A stretch of DNA of 64,000 bases from Mytilus edulis (Eukaryota), in assembly GCF_963676685.1 (NCBI RefSeq), contig NC_092345.1, positions 22,072,001 through 22,136,000 of the forward strand, written 5' to 3'. Each line of letters begins with the position of its first letter. The stretch's first letter is position 1. The notes beneath the pieces are model-generated. The model was given only the letters and a program-made list of their open reading frames with translations, did no database searches and was not told the DNA's origin. The translations under genes and the position numbers were made by a program. Shown in pieces: positions 49,101 to 59,993 of the stretch.

Positions 49101-50228
49101 CTACAGGTGTATATCCTACTGGCAGGTAAGAAAACAAGACATAAGAGTACCATGTAGCACTACAGGTGTATATCCTACTGGCAGGTAAGAAAACAAGACA
49201 TAAGAGTACCATGTAGCACTACAGGTGTATATCCTACTGGCAGGTAAGAAAACAAGACATAAGAGTACCATGTAGCACTACAGGTGTATATCCTACTGGC
49301 AGGTAAGAAATCTTATATATCAAACCATCACCTAACATGCATCCCAAAAAATTAGCACAGAATTAAATTCTGAATATCCTGTACAGAGTCAAATTACTAC
49401 CAATCTTTGGATAAATGAATAGTTAAAGGTCTCCTTTTAAAATATGTGTGATAATCAGTTACCATCATGAATGAGAAAAGAATATTGAGGTCCTCCTCTT
49501 TTTGAATTATTGCTAGTAGAAAGGGAGAACTGAGGGTTGTGGGGTGTTGCTCTTTTCAAATTCTTTAGCTGATAGTTGTTGAAATTTTTCTGTTATCATC
49601 ACTGAGGTGGTTCTTTTAAAATTAATTTCCTCACCATGATTTGTCAAAGATGAAAATTGTTTCCGGCTCAGCGTTTTAGAAACTTTGGAGACTCCAAGTT
49701 TGGGTATTCCTGAAAAATTGTAGCTGATACAATGAAAGTGTTTAATATGTATATATGTATTAACATGACTTCAATGTAAGTGTTAATATACACCTATAGC
49801 AGATCGTTCAAAATTCTTACAAATTAGTACTTTGTTTTATCAAACCAAACTGTTCAACTGACAAGGCATTTTAACCATATGCTTTAGAAAACCATAGTCA
49901 ACTCATCAAAAAACAAGATGATAAATTAAAGCATTCTTACAATCCTATAGTGCTTTAAAAGCATAATAACCATGATAACTTCAAAGCTTAAAAAACATTA
50001 GGTGAGTAAATCAAACTTTTCCAGACATCATATTTCTTTCTTTTTTTTCTTTTCAGCACTGATAGTCAGATAAGAGCCATAGAAGACAAGTTAAGGAAAA
50101 TGGAAGAATCCTCCTCAGAATTCACAATCTCTACAAAACCTGTAGCCCAACCAGGAAGTAGTCAATTATATCAAATGAACGCTGCCAAACAAGAACAAAT
50201 CAAGAAGCCATACAGTCGTAAAAAGTGA
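43189..50228 (+). CDS. RBM18: RNA-binding motif protein 18 (single RRM; 188 aa)
   Basis: Exons 43189-43310, 45446-45572, 46269-46355, 46589-46647, 50057-50228 (567 nt, phases consistent). Contains [30 protein letters not shown]...[38 protein letters not shown] and KPYSRKK*. The acceptor TTTCAG|ACTATG just before the ATG implies an upstream non-coding exon. Confidence 0.93.
43885..45300 (+). mobile_element. Helentron/HINE-like element, family B, in an RBM18 intron
   Basis: TTTTTATACGACGGCAAAAA start and GCGGTTGTATTAAGCTGCGCCCTGCGGAGCATCTTGTT end; same internal units as 29214-31198 plus a ~36-bp GCAATAGCAAGAAAT..TCAATTGCACAGTATT sub-array at about 44555-44710. Confidence 0.82.
45867..46132. 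mobile_element. Kolobok-like MITE (266 bp)
   Basis: TTAA | GGTGGTACCCAACACT ... AGTGTTAGGTACCACC | TTAA. Confidence 0.82.
46598..49310 (+). repeat. 59-bp minisatellite, 46 copies, derived from the 3' end of RBM18 coding exon 4 plus its splice donor
   Basis: Unit CAAGACATAAGAGTACCATGTAGCACTACAGGTGTATATCCTACTGGCAG|GTAAGAAA(A/T/G); the first unit overlaps the real exon 46589-46647. Confidence 0.97.
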
Positions 50229-51053
50229 TCTCATCATGGTATTTTGAAAAAAACAAAATCAAACTTGGTTGCAAAGTTGATGGTATGCTACCATACATGG
50301 AATTGTTCCAGTATCAATGGTCAATGATCATTTGTTGTCCCAAGGAAGCTGTGTTGTACTGCAAAGAAGAAATGTACACCGATAAGGAGGACTAGAAATT
50401 TTAAAACATTAACTGTGAAATATTTAAAAGATTGTTTAGTGTAAAATTTCACATTTAAGGCAATGCATTGTGTCTTATTTTAGATAAAGATTAAAAGATT
50501 ATAGGATTCTTGTAATCTTTAAAACTCATTTGGAAATAGAAATGTTGTGTGATAGTTTATGAGACAACTCTTCACAAGAGACCAAATGACACAGAAATTT
50601 TATAACTATTCAACAATGAGCAAGCCCGTACAGCATAGTCAGCTACAAAATCCCCTGCAATTGAAATCTGTTTGTCATTGTTGCCACCCTGTTGAATGAG
50701 AATTCCACTATAGTGTAAAAGAGTTTCCCGTTGAGAAAAATGAGGAATCCCATCTACTCTTTTTATTCTACTTGTAATGTCCAATCTTTTTTATGAAGCC
50801 ATACAGATCAATCTTAGCTCAACACAGAGTTTTTAGACAGTTTATCATATAAATTTTTCATTATTTATTGCAAAAACCAACCAAAACAAATTAGTTCAAT
50901 TTTTTTTTTTTTTACCAGGTAATTCAAGCAATGACAGTATGTCACCATTTAGGAATGACAATTTTGGGATAATGTAGATTATTTGAATATCCATTATAAT
51001 TCTTTTCATGATTGCAGTCAAATGACACTTTTGTAGTTCTTGGATTGCTGATA

Positions 51054-51334
51054 TTTATGCCCCATTTATGGGCATTATGTTTTCTGGTCTGTGCATGTGT
51101 CTGTTCGTTCGTTTGTCTCGCTTCAGATTAAAGTTTTTGGTCACGGTAGTTTTTGATGAAGTTGAAGTCCAATCAACTTGAAACTTAGTACACATGTTCC
51201 CTATGATATGATCTTTCTAATTTTAATGCCAATTAGAGATTTTCCCCATTTTTTTTCACGATCCACTGAACATAGAAAATATCCAAAATTATAGTGCGGA
51301 TGGGGCATCTGTGTACGAGGGACACATTCTTGTT
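51054..51334 (+). mobile_element. Short HINE-like element, family C, copy 1
   Basis: TTTATGCCCCA..GGGCATTATGTTTTCTGGTCTGTG, (TTCG)n, 3' TGGGGCAT..GTGTAC..GGGACACATTCTTGTT; closely similar to 51961-52253. Confidence 0.75.
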
Positions 51335-51452
51335 TTTTGCTGAATACAGCATAATGTGTATCTGTATGAATATGCCACAATCTTTAAGTGCCAATCTCAA
51401 GTCAGGAGTCTGTAGTTCTGTGTTTGTCATTTGATCATGTCTGTCATATTTG

Positions 51453-51779
51453 TTTTTATACGACCGCAAAAATTAAAATTTTTTTGGTCGTATATTGGTA
51501 TCACGTTGGCGTCAGCGTCGTCATCGTCGTCTGAATACTTTTAGTTTTCGCTGTCCAACTTAAGTGAATAGAAATGTATGAAATTTTAACACAAGGTTTA
51601 TCACTACAAAAGGAAGGTTGGGATTGATTTTGGGAGTTTTGGTCCCATCATTTTAGGAATAAGGGGCCAAAAAGGGTCCAAATAAGCATTTTCTTGGTTT
51701 TCGCACTATAACTTTAGTTTTAGTAAATAAAAAACTATGAAATTTTGACACAAGGTTTATGACCACAAAAGGAAGGTTG
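51453..51779 (+). mobile_element. Family-B Helentron-like element, 5' fragment (a further decayed copy lies at about 53332-54132)
   Basis: TTTTTATACGACCGCAAAAA...GGTCGTATATTGGTATCACGTTGGCGTC(GTC)n followed by the ~160-bp units. Confidence 0.75.
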
Positions 51780-51960
51780 TCACATAACCATTGTCCTTTA
51801 CCTCATTTTAATAGTTCAGTGACTATTGAAAAAAAATCACTCTTATTATGAGTAATAGGATAACCATAATATTTGGTATGTGCATACCTTGCAAGGTCCA
51901 GGGGCGTAGCTGCCGTTAGGCACTTTAGGCACGTGCCTACACATAACTTTTTCACAAATG

Positions 51961-52253
51961 TTTTTATGCCCCACCTACGATAGTAGAGGGGCATTATGTT
52001 TTCTGGTCTGTGCGTCCGTCTGTTCGTTCGTCCGTTCGTCCGTCTGTCCCGCTTCAGGTTAAAGTTTTTGGTCAAGGTAGTTTTTGATGAAGTTGAAGTC
52101 TAATCGACTTCAAACTTAGTATACATGTTCACTATGATATGATCTTTTAAATTTTAATGCCAAATTAGAGGGTTTACCCCAATTTCACGGTCCACTGAAC
52201 ATAGAAAATGATAGTGCGAGTGGGGCATTCGTGTACTGGGGACACATTCTTGT
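51961..52253 (+). mobile_element. Short HINE-like element, family C, copy 2
   Basis: TTTTTATGCCCCACCTACGATAGTAGAGGGGCATT (IR), (CGTC/TTCG)n microsatellite, inverted subTIR GTGGGGCAT, 3' hairpin and TT end. Confidence 0.8.
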
Positions 52254-55200
52254 TTTTTATTAAAAAAAATAATAAACAACGTTATATGTAGATGAAAGCC
52301 ATTAAAGTTGTCAAAACTCTTTAATTATCGAATGTCATGTACACTAGTCTCATGTCCTAAGTGAATGAAATATTGGTTAGAATTGAATGTTTTTACCTTA
52401 TATAAAAACTATAAACTAGAACTTTGGTTCAGATCATATTTCACTTTTATCAACAAAAACTTAAATGAACCTCAACTTAGACACATGAGTTTTTTAATAA
52501 GGTGTTGTAAGTTTTCAACTAGCTTTCCACTTTGTCTTCACCCAACTTGCCAATGTTGGTCTTCCGTTTGGCTGTGCAGGATGTATAAATACGCAGTCAC
52601 GTCTGGTCAGAATGGGGACATTAAATCCGATGCCTAGTTGTAGAGAGAATGCAAATCTTTGATGAGTTCGTAGTTGGTCTACTGAAAGGCAAAATTTCTG
52701 CTATCCAATAATCCCTCATTTTCCAATGTATGGCATTTTTAAATTTCCAGACCTTCCTGGATGACACCTATCACAGGACCTAGCTTCAAGTTGTATTTAT
52801 TGTAAAAAATTTTCAACGGTCATGAACTTGCATAATATTTGACACTGGATGTAAAAAAATCAATCAACCAACTGGCTTCAAGTAATTTTTCTGCGTGTAA
52901 TGGCCACAATTATTTAAAATTCCTAAGCAGGTAGGGATTTTACAGTAGAGGATTTAAAGAAATACAAATTTCTTGAATTTTGTTAAATATCGACTATATC
53001 TGTATGTGTTTGTGTGGCTAGGGTGAAGGTTTAAGATTCAAAAGATTGATGGCTGATGTCTAGCCATTTTCCGTCGGGGGGGGGGGGGGGGCTTCGCGTG
53101 TATTGAATTATGGTAAGTGTTACATGTCCAGCTGGTAGATGTCATCTGACCTTGATGTCATTTTCATGGTTCAGTGGTTATAGTTAAGTTTTTGAGTGTC
53201 TTTTGATCTAATACTAAATGCAATAGATCTACAATATTTTGTGTATGGAAATATTTTATGATGTGCATGTCAGTCTCATGGGTTTTATTTGACCATGACC
53301 TCATTTTCACGGTTCATTGCTTAGTGTTTAGTTTTTATACAAACGCAAAATTTGGTAGTATATTGCAATCAAGTTGTCGTTGTTGTAGTCCGGCGGCGGT
53401 AGCAGCAGCGTCGTCCGAAGATGTGGTTTTCAGATTATAACTTATGTATAAGTGAATAGAAATCAATAAAATTTAAAATAAGGTTTATATCCTCTAAAGG
53501 AAGGTTGGGATTGATTTTGAGGGTTATGGTCCAAACTGTTTAGAAATTAGGCGCCAAAAAAGGGGCAAGTATGGTTGCAAACTCCATTATAAATTTGAAT
53601 TGAGATACTGACCATATCCTGAGGGAAAGATTTGTTGGGAGGAATAAGGAAAAGGGGGAGGTGAAGCAAAACAAAACTGGGTAAAATTATTAAAAAAAAA
53701 AATTGGGGGGGGGGGGGTTAAGGTCAATTCACAACAGCAAAGTGTATTGCACAAAAGCAAAAATATGAATACAAATTCAAATCATATAACCAATTTGAAG
53801 TTTACAGTTATTCTGTGCCATGGTCATATAGTTATCAAAGGTACCAGGATTATAATTTAGTACGTCAGACGCGCGTTTTGTCTACATAAGACTCATCAGT
53901 GACACTCATATCAAAATATTTATAAAGCCAAACAAGTACAAAGTTGAAGAGCATTGAGGATCCAAAATTCCAAAAAGCTGTGCCAAACCTACTATGTGTC
54001 GAAAAAATTTAGTTACAATCCAAATTACAATCTAAGACCTGTATCAAGCGTGAATACTGTGTCCATTTTGGACCCGACTTTTCAGGGTTGGACATCTGCG
54101 GTCGTATCCAGCTGAGCTCAGCGAAGCAATTTATTGTGTTTTGGTCTGTTTTTCTTACGCAATAGGTCAAATGTATTTGTTGTATGGATGGATTGTTAGC
54201 TGAACATAACTGCCTGGCATTGTTCATCTGACCTTGACCTAATTTTCATGGTTCATAGGTCAATATAAAAAAGAAGATGTGGTATGATTGCCAATAGACA
54301 ACTCTCCACAAGAGACCAAAATGACACATAAATTAACCAGTATTTTTTTTACTGTATACTATATATCAGATATCTTTAAGGCTTGTATTACCAAAAGAAA
54401 AGAAAATGAAAGTTTTGAAAAATGCCTCAAACATGCAAGAAAGTACGATAAGAGTAAAAATTTGGAATTTTAAACTTGCAAATCGGCTTGACATCGGTGA
54501 AGTCATTCACGAACGATACAATAACTCCTATAATTAAACCATTAATTCAAGTCTAGTATGATGGCATTTTGCAATTAATTAAATTCTATGATTAAAATGT
54601 CATATCACATAGCATAAAAATAATTGAAGCTGAAATTTAATTAATGATTTAATTACCGTTTATCCATATACGAACATAAAAAGGGTATATCAGGCTTTTG
54701 TAAATTTCCAGGTAGTAAATTATAAAAAAGAGACGAAAGATACCAAAGAGAGGATCAAATTCATATGTCGAATAGAGACGACAAATTCATGGAAAAACAA
54801 AAACGAAAAAAGTCTATAAAAACTAGACTAATATAAAAAAAAAAGAAGATGTGGTATGAATGCCAATGAGACAACTATCCACAAAAGACCAAAATCACAC
54901 AGACATTAACAACTATAGGTCACCGTACGGCCTTCAACAATGAGCAAAGCCCATACCGCATAGTCAGCGATACTGAAAGGCCCATAAATGACAGTGTAAA
55001 ACAATTCAAACGAGAAAACTAACGGCCTTATTTATTTATACTCTGTTATGTATTTCCAAAAGAAAGCAATCTTTATACTCAGAGTTCACATGCAATGTTA
55101 TTTTTTACATTTTTGTCTACATTCTTGAAAATCTATAAATTCTCTAGAATAGATGTGTCATTATAAAAAAAAAGTGCAAATTTCGACGAGGTAACATTTT

Positions 55201-56515
55201 GAAAAATGATGTCATTGTTTAAAACATTTAAATGTGTTCCGCTATTCTATACTGAGTATGGTAGCAACGATATTCAGAAATATGCAATGGGAAAAACGAA
55301 GAGTTCCTTCAATTTCAACAATTTTAGATCATGCTTTGATAGAATCGTGTCAATGGTGTTACCAATTTAAAGCATACATTTAGCTACTAAATATTATTGT
55401 TTAACACCAAACAACTGTTCCAATTTTTGTTTAGGTTAAAATTACGACTTATTGACATTATTCATATAGCTACATGCATTCTATTCAAAAATTATTTCAG
55501 AATACATTGTCGTAAAAAAGTTGGCTGTCCTAATCATGGCCGTTGTAAATACTAAAATATGCACTTAAAATGAATATATGTGAATTGTGTAAGATTAAAT
55601 GATAATAATATACCTAATCCTTCGTACACGACCTAAAAGCACTTATATTTATGAATGAAAATTAAAAAAATGTCGCATTTTTATATAGTAACACCACTGA
55701 CCCTTCAGTAACTCCAATGACACAAAAGTATCACCATGCATTGACATCACATTTCAAATTTTACCTTTATTAAGTTCTGAACACAGAGCCAAGAACACTG
55801 AGCAAAAGAAAAAAAGAAAAAAATTATTCTTAGGCTAAAAAATCTCAAATTATATATATTTTAACATAACATCAATAACTAAAAATGTCAATAGTGTTAC
55901 TAAATAGTGTCATTGGTGTTACCAGCATACACCAGTTTGTGAAAACTCTGTATAAGTAATACATGATATTGTTAAAACATTTTTAAATAAGTATTGTTTT
56001 TCGTAAACAATATGATGTTTCGCTTGTTAGGCATGAAAGAAACACAAAACAATGCTGATTGTCATGATATATTCAGTGGTGTTACTAAACTGGTCAATGG
56101 TGTTATTTTATCAAAATGGTCTCACCATTGACAGTAACACCAATGATTTAAGGTGAATTTTAAGATTTAGTTACGAAATAAGTGCTCCATTCGCATATTC
56201 TATATGTTGTTCCTGGTGCATGTTTCTATAATCAATATATTTCATAATTCAAAATTCAGGAAATGTTTTCAAAAAACGATTTGTATAAGGGTACACCATG
56301 GACACTATTTTCAATTACATGTATGATATAGCTTTTACTTACTTTTAAGATTTTTTCACTAAATTTTATTTAAAACTTAAAAAGACCCACTAACATAGTT
56401 TTGCATGTTTTTTTGAGAATGACCCAGATACAGAGAAACTTTTAATATTAAAAATGATCAGCCAGACAAGATCTACAAATAAATAAAAATGACCAAAATC
56501 ATCAATTCTTTTGCA

Positions 56516-58142
56516 TTTTTATACGACCGCAAAAAAAAATTTGCGTCGTATAATGGTATCATGTCGTCGTCTGCGTCGTCTGCGTCGTCGTCGTCCGAAG
56601 ACACATTAGTTCCCGGACAATTTTTAACCAGAAGGTTAAATACCACTAAAGAAAGGTTGGGATTGATTTTGTGGTCTAAATAGTTTAGGAATTAGGGGCC
56701 AGAAGGGGGCCCAAAATAGGCAATTTTGTAGTTTTCAAACAATAACTTGTGTTTAAGTGTATGAATCTGTCTGAAATTATATCACAAGTTTCCATACCAT
56801 GAAGGGATGGTTAGTAATGACTTTGTGGGGGGGGGGGGGGGGGGGGGGTTATGGCTTAAAATGTTTTGGAATTAGGGGCTAAAACTGAAGGCGAAATTAG
56901 GGGGAAAAAAAGGGGGAAAACTAGGTATTCAGGACATTAACTTTAGATTAAGTGAATGGATCTCTATAAATTTTACCAGAAGGTTCAATACCACTAAAGA
57001 AAGGTTGGGATTGTTTTCTGGGGTTATGGTTCCAATAGTATAGGAATTAGGGGCCAAAAAGGGGGCCCAAAATAACCATTTATGTAGTTATCAAACTATA
57101 ACTTGTGTTTAAGTGGATGAATCGCTCTGAAATTATATCACAAGTTTCCATACCATTAAGGGATGGTTAGTAATGACTTGGGGGGGGTGGGGGTGGGGGT
57201 GGGGGTGGGGGGGGGGGGGGGGGTTGGCTCAAAATGTTTTGGAATTAGGGGCAAAAAAGGGGGGAAACTAGGTTTTTTTCTTTTCAAAGGACAGTTAAGA
57301 CAATTTTAAAGCAGTGTAAGGGAGGTAAATCAAAAACAGTTAACATACAATGTTTGGTATGTTCGGATTTACCTCCCTTATACTTCCTGTAAATAATGTA
57401 TAAAGAAATGTCAGGTTTTGGACTTATTGCCAAAAAAAGGGGGGGGGGGGTAGAAGTTTTCAATTTCCCCCCCCAAATTTCTCAAATTCCAAATTTTTGT
57501 AAAGTTTGAAGAAGAAATCTTTAATTGTACAATATTGCATAATCATCTGATGAGTTAAGCCTTTTTCAACTGATTTTTATAGTTCGTTCTTATGTTGTAC
57601 TGTTATACCACTGTCCCAGGTTAGGGGGAGGGTTGGGATCCCGCTAACATGCTTAACCCCGCCACATTATTTATTTATGTGCCTGTCCCAAGTCAGGAGC
57701 TTGTAAATTCACTGGTTGTCGTTTGTTTATGTGTTACATATTTGTTTTTCGTTCATTTTTTTACATGAATAAGGCCGTTAGTTTTCTCGTTTGAATTGTT
57801 TTACATTGTCTTATCGGGGCCTTTTGTAGCTGACTATGCGGTATGGGCTTTGCTCATTGTTGAAGGCCGTACGGTGACCTATTATAGTTGTTAATATCTG
57901 TGTCATTTTGGTCTTTTGTGGATAGTTGTCTCATTGGCAATCACACCACATCTTCTATTTTTATATTGTAAGATCTTGACATTTGTTTTGTATCAGAAAC
58001 TCATATTATGTCAAGAATTTGATCACAATACAAATTCAGAGCTGTATCAAGCTTGAATGTTGTGTCCATACTTTCCCCAACTGTTCAGGGTTTCAGTGAC
58101 CTCTGCGGTCGTATAAAGCTGTGCCCTGCGGAGCACCTGGTT
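56516..58142 (+). mobile_element. Family-B Helentron-like element with expanded poly-G tracts and a nested SINE-like copy
   Basis: TTTTTATACGACCGCAAAAAAAAATTTGCGTCGTATAA start and GCGGTCGTATAAAGCTGTGCCCTGCGGAGCACCTGGTT end. Confidence 0.8.
57544..57965 (+). repeat. Abundant SINE-like dispersed repeat, longest copy in the window (partial copies near 15180-15420, 19507-19610, 37007-37110, 37165-37500, 50540-50645, 54272-54340, 54845-55030, 59433-59620, 61830-61940)
   Basis: GGGAGGGTTGGGATCCCGCTAACATG.TTAACCCCGCCACA...GTCCCAAGTCAGGAGC...GCTCATTGTTGAAGGCCGTACGGTGACCTAT...GTTGTCTCATTGGCAATCA.ACCACATCTT occurs about ten times in both orientations; the SINE class is inferred. Confidence 0.75.
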
Positions 58143-58499
58143 GCCTATGATTTTGTAACTATAATAGATGGAAACTTAAGAATAACCAAAATTACCAGCA
58201 AGACAAGATTTAAATTACAAATAAGTCTGCAAGGCCAAAATCAGCTGGTGACTTATTGGAGTTATTGCTCTTTAATAACGATTTTCGTTGTAACCTTTGA
58301 TTAAGAACACGTAACCTTAAAAAATCCATAATGATAAGTCTGATAAGCACGAAAGGATATACAAATAAATCTTATGGCTTGACCACGACCTTATTTCATG
58401 GAACAAATAACCACGAAAACTTATCCTTGTTCATTGCCATTGAAGATCATTGAACAAGGATAAATTTTCGTGGTTAAGTCCGCATCTCAGATATAGATT

Positions 58500-58729
58500 T
58501 ATTGGCGGATCCAGGGGGGGGGGGGTTCCGGGGGTTGGAACCCCCCTTTTTTGGCCGATCAATGCATTTGAATGGGGACATATAGTTGGAACCCCCCCCT
58601 TTTGTCCTGGGTTTGGAACCCCCCTTTTTAAAATGGCTGGATCCGCCCCTGAGATTGATCAATCACTGAAGCGCCCCCTCTCATTGCAATCAGTGACCCC
58701 TCCCCTGAACATTTCTGGATCCGCCACTG
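58500..58729. mobile_element. hAT-like MITE(s) with GGCGGATCCA / TGGATCCGCC(C/A)CTG termini; decayed relative at 38763-38891
   Basis: Left end ATTGGCGGATCCAGGG; right ends GGATCCGCCCCTG (~58651) and GGATCCGCCACTG (~58729); internal CGATCAATGCATTTGAAT.GGGACATATAGTTGGA shared with ~38823-38857. Confidence 0.7.
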
Positions 58730-59184
58730 AGTTACACCACCTACTCGTGAATTGTATAAGTTGCTAAGAAATTATCCGGAATTTAAATTCATTCCTGTGC
58801 ATGATTTCCTTGCATGATAGAGTGAAATGTTTCTGTTTCTACAAGGAAGCTATTCCAAATGGAAAATTTAAGTCGTCAAATCAGTTTCGAAGGGTTATTT
58901 TTATCTCCATTTGATATCTTCTCCATTTTCTTTATGGTTTCATTCAAAGTAGTAATTTTGATGTTTTTGTGTTGCCGTGTATAAACTTTTCACATTTTCA
59001 ACTTCAAAACTACATACTAGTATTCAATTTTAACTTTTAAGGAATGATAAACCGTACATGAATCACTGGTCTTTTTATTTGGTTTCGATCATGGCCGCTG
59101 TGTAAGAGAAACATTTTGATTTTGGCTGTCAAATTTATGCTATCCTTCTCATGCCTCTTAAACAACAGTGCAAATGTCTAAAAC

Positions 59185-59216
59185 CAGAGACATATAAAAC
59201 GTTATATATGTCTCTA
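59185..59216. mobile_element. 32-bp palindromic micro-MITE with 7-bp TSD (same family as 7508-7554)
   Basis: CTAAAAC | CAGAGACATATAAAACGTTATATATGTCTCTA | CTAAAAC. Confidence 0.78.
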
Positions 59217-59736
59217 CTAAAACTAGGCAGATTAATAATTGAATTAATGTACTTTGCTTAAAATGATCGATGGGGTGATATACTTTGTGGCATACTGGCC
59301 GGTTGGCACATAGTTCGCATTTAAACACTAGAGAAATTGCTTTGAATCTTCTTCTTGATCGATATATGCAGAGGGGGAATTATTTTCTATTTCTGTTTTA
59401 ATATATCTGATATTTTCTTTTTATATAAAACAAAGATGTGGTATGATTGCCAATGTGACAACTCTCCACAAGAGACCAAAATGATACGTAAATTAACAAC
59501 TATAGGTCACTGTACGGCCTTCAAAAATGAGCAAAGCCCATCATACCACATAGTCAGCTACAAAAAGCCCCGAAATTACAATGTAAAACACTTCAAACGA
59601 GAAAACTAACGGCCTAACTTATTTACTTCGTTTGATATTTTTGATTAACTTTTTTTTGTCTTTATTATCAGTGTGCTAATTTAAAAAAGTAATTTGAATA
59701 GCTGCTTTAAGACGTTTATAAAATCAAATAATAATG

Positions 59737-59985
59737 TGACGTCATGACTTCAGATTGTCAAAAAAAAGAAAAAAAGGGCACAAGGCACTTATGCCCCTTT
59801 TGCTTCTGGTTGTTTAAGTAAAACTGACGATCGGGCTCTTGTAGAAAGGTATATAACTAAACGAAAGAAAACAACACTGTTCTCTCGAGTCGGAGTCGAG
59901 TCGACCGTCTCACCAGAACAATAATCTGGTACGTACACGGGATTGATCTCCTAATTTTGTCAACTGTGAGGATAAAAACTTCCGG
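59737..59985 (+). promoter_or_regulatory. Candidate SELENOF proximal promoter: CRE palindrome and ETS-type site
   Basis: TGACGTCA at 59737-59744 and ACTTCCGG at 59978-59985, in a locally CpG-richer stretch just upstream of the ATG; motif match only. Confidence 0.35.
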
Positions 59986-59993
59986 TTTTGAAA

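Noticed and set aside
46598-49310. CRISPR-like regular array
   Set aside because: Units are contiguous with no unique spacers, there are no cas genes, and the context is a eukaryotic intron.
58450-58767. Gly/Pro-rich ORFs on both strands (also 38704-38961)
   Set aside because: Translations of a GC-rich hAT-like MITE.
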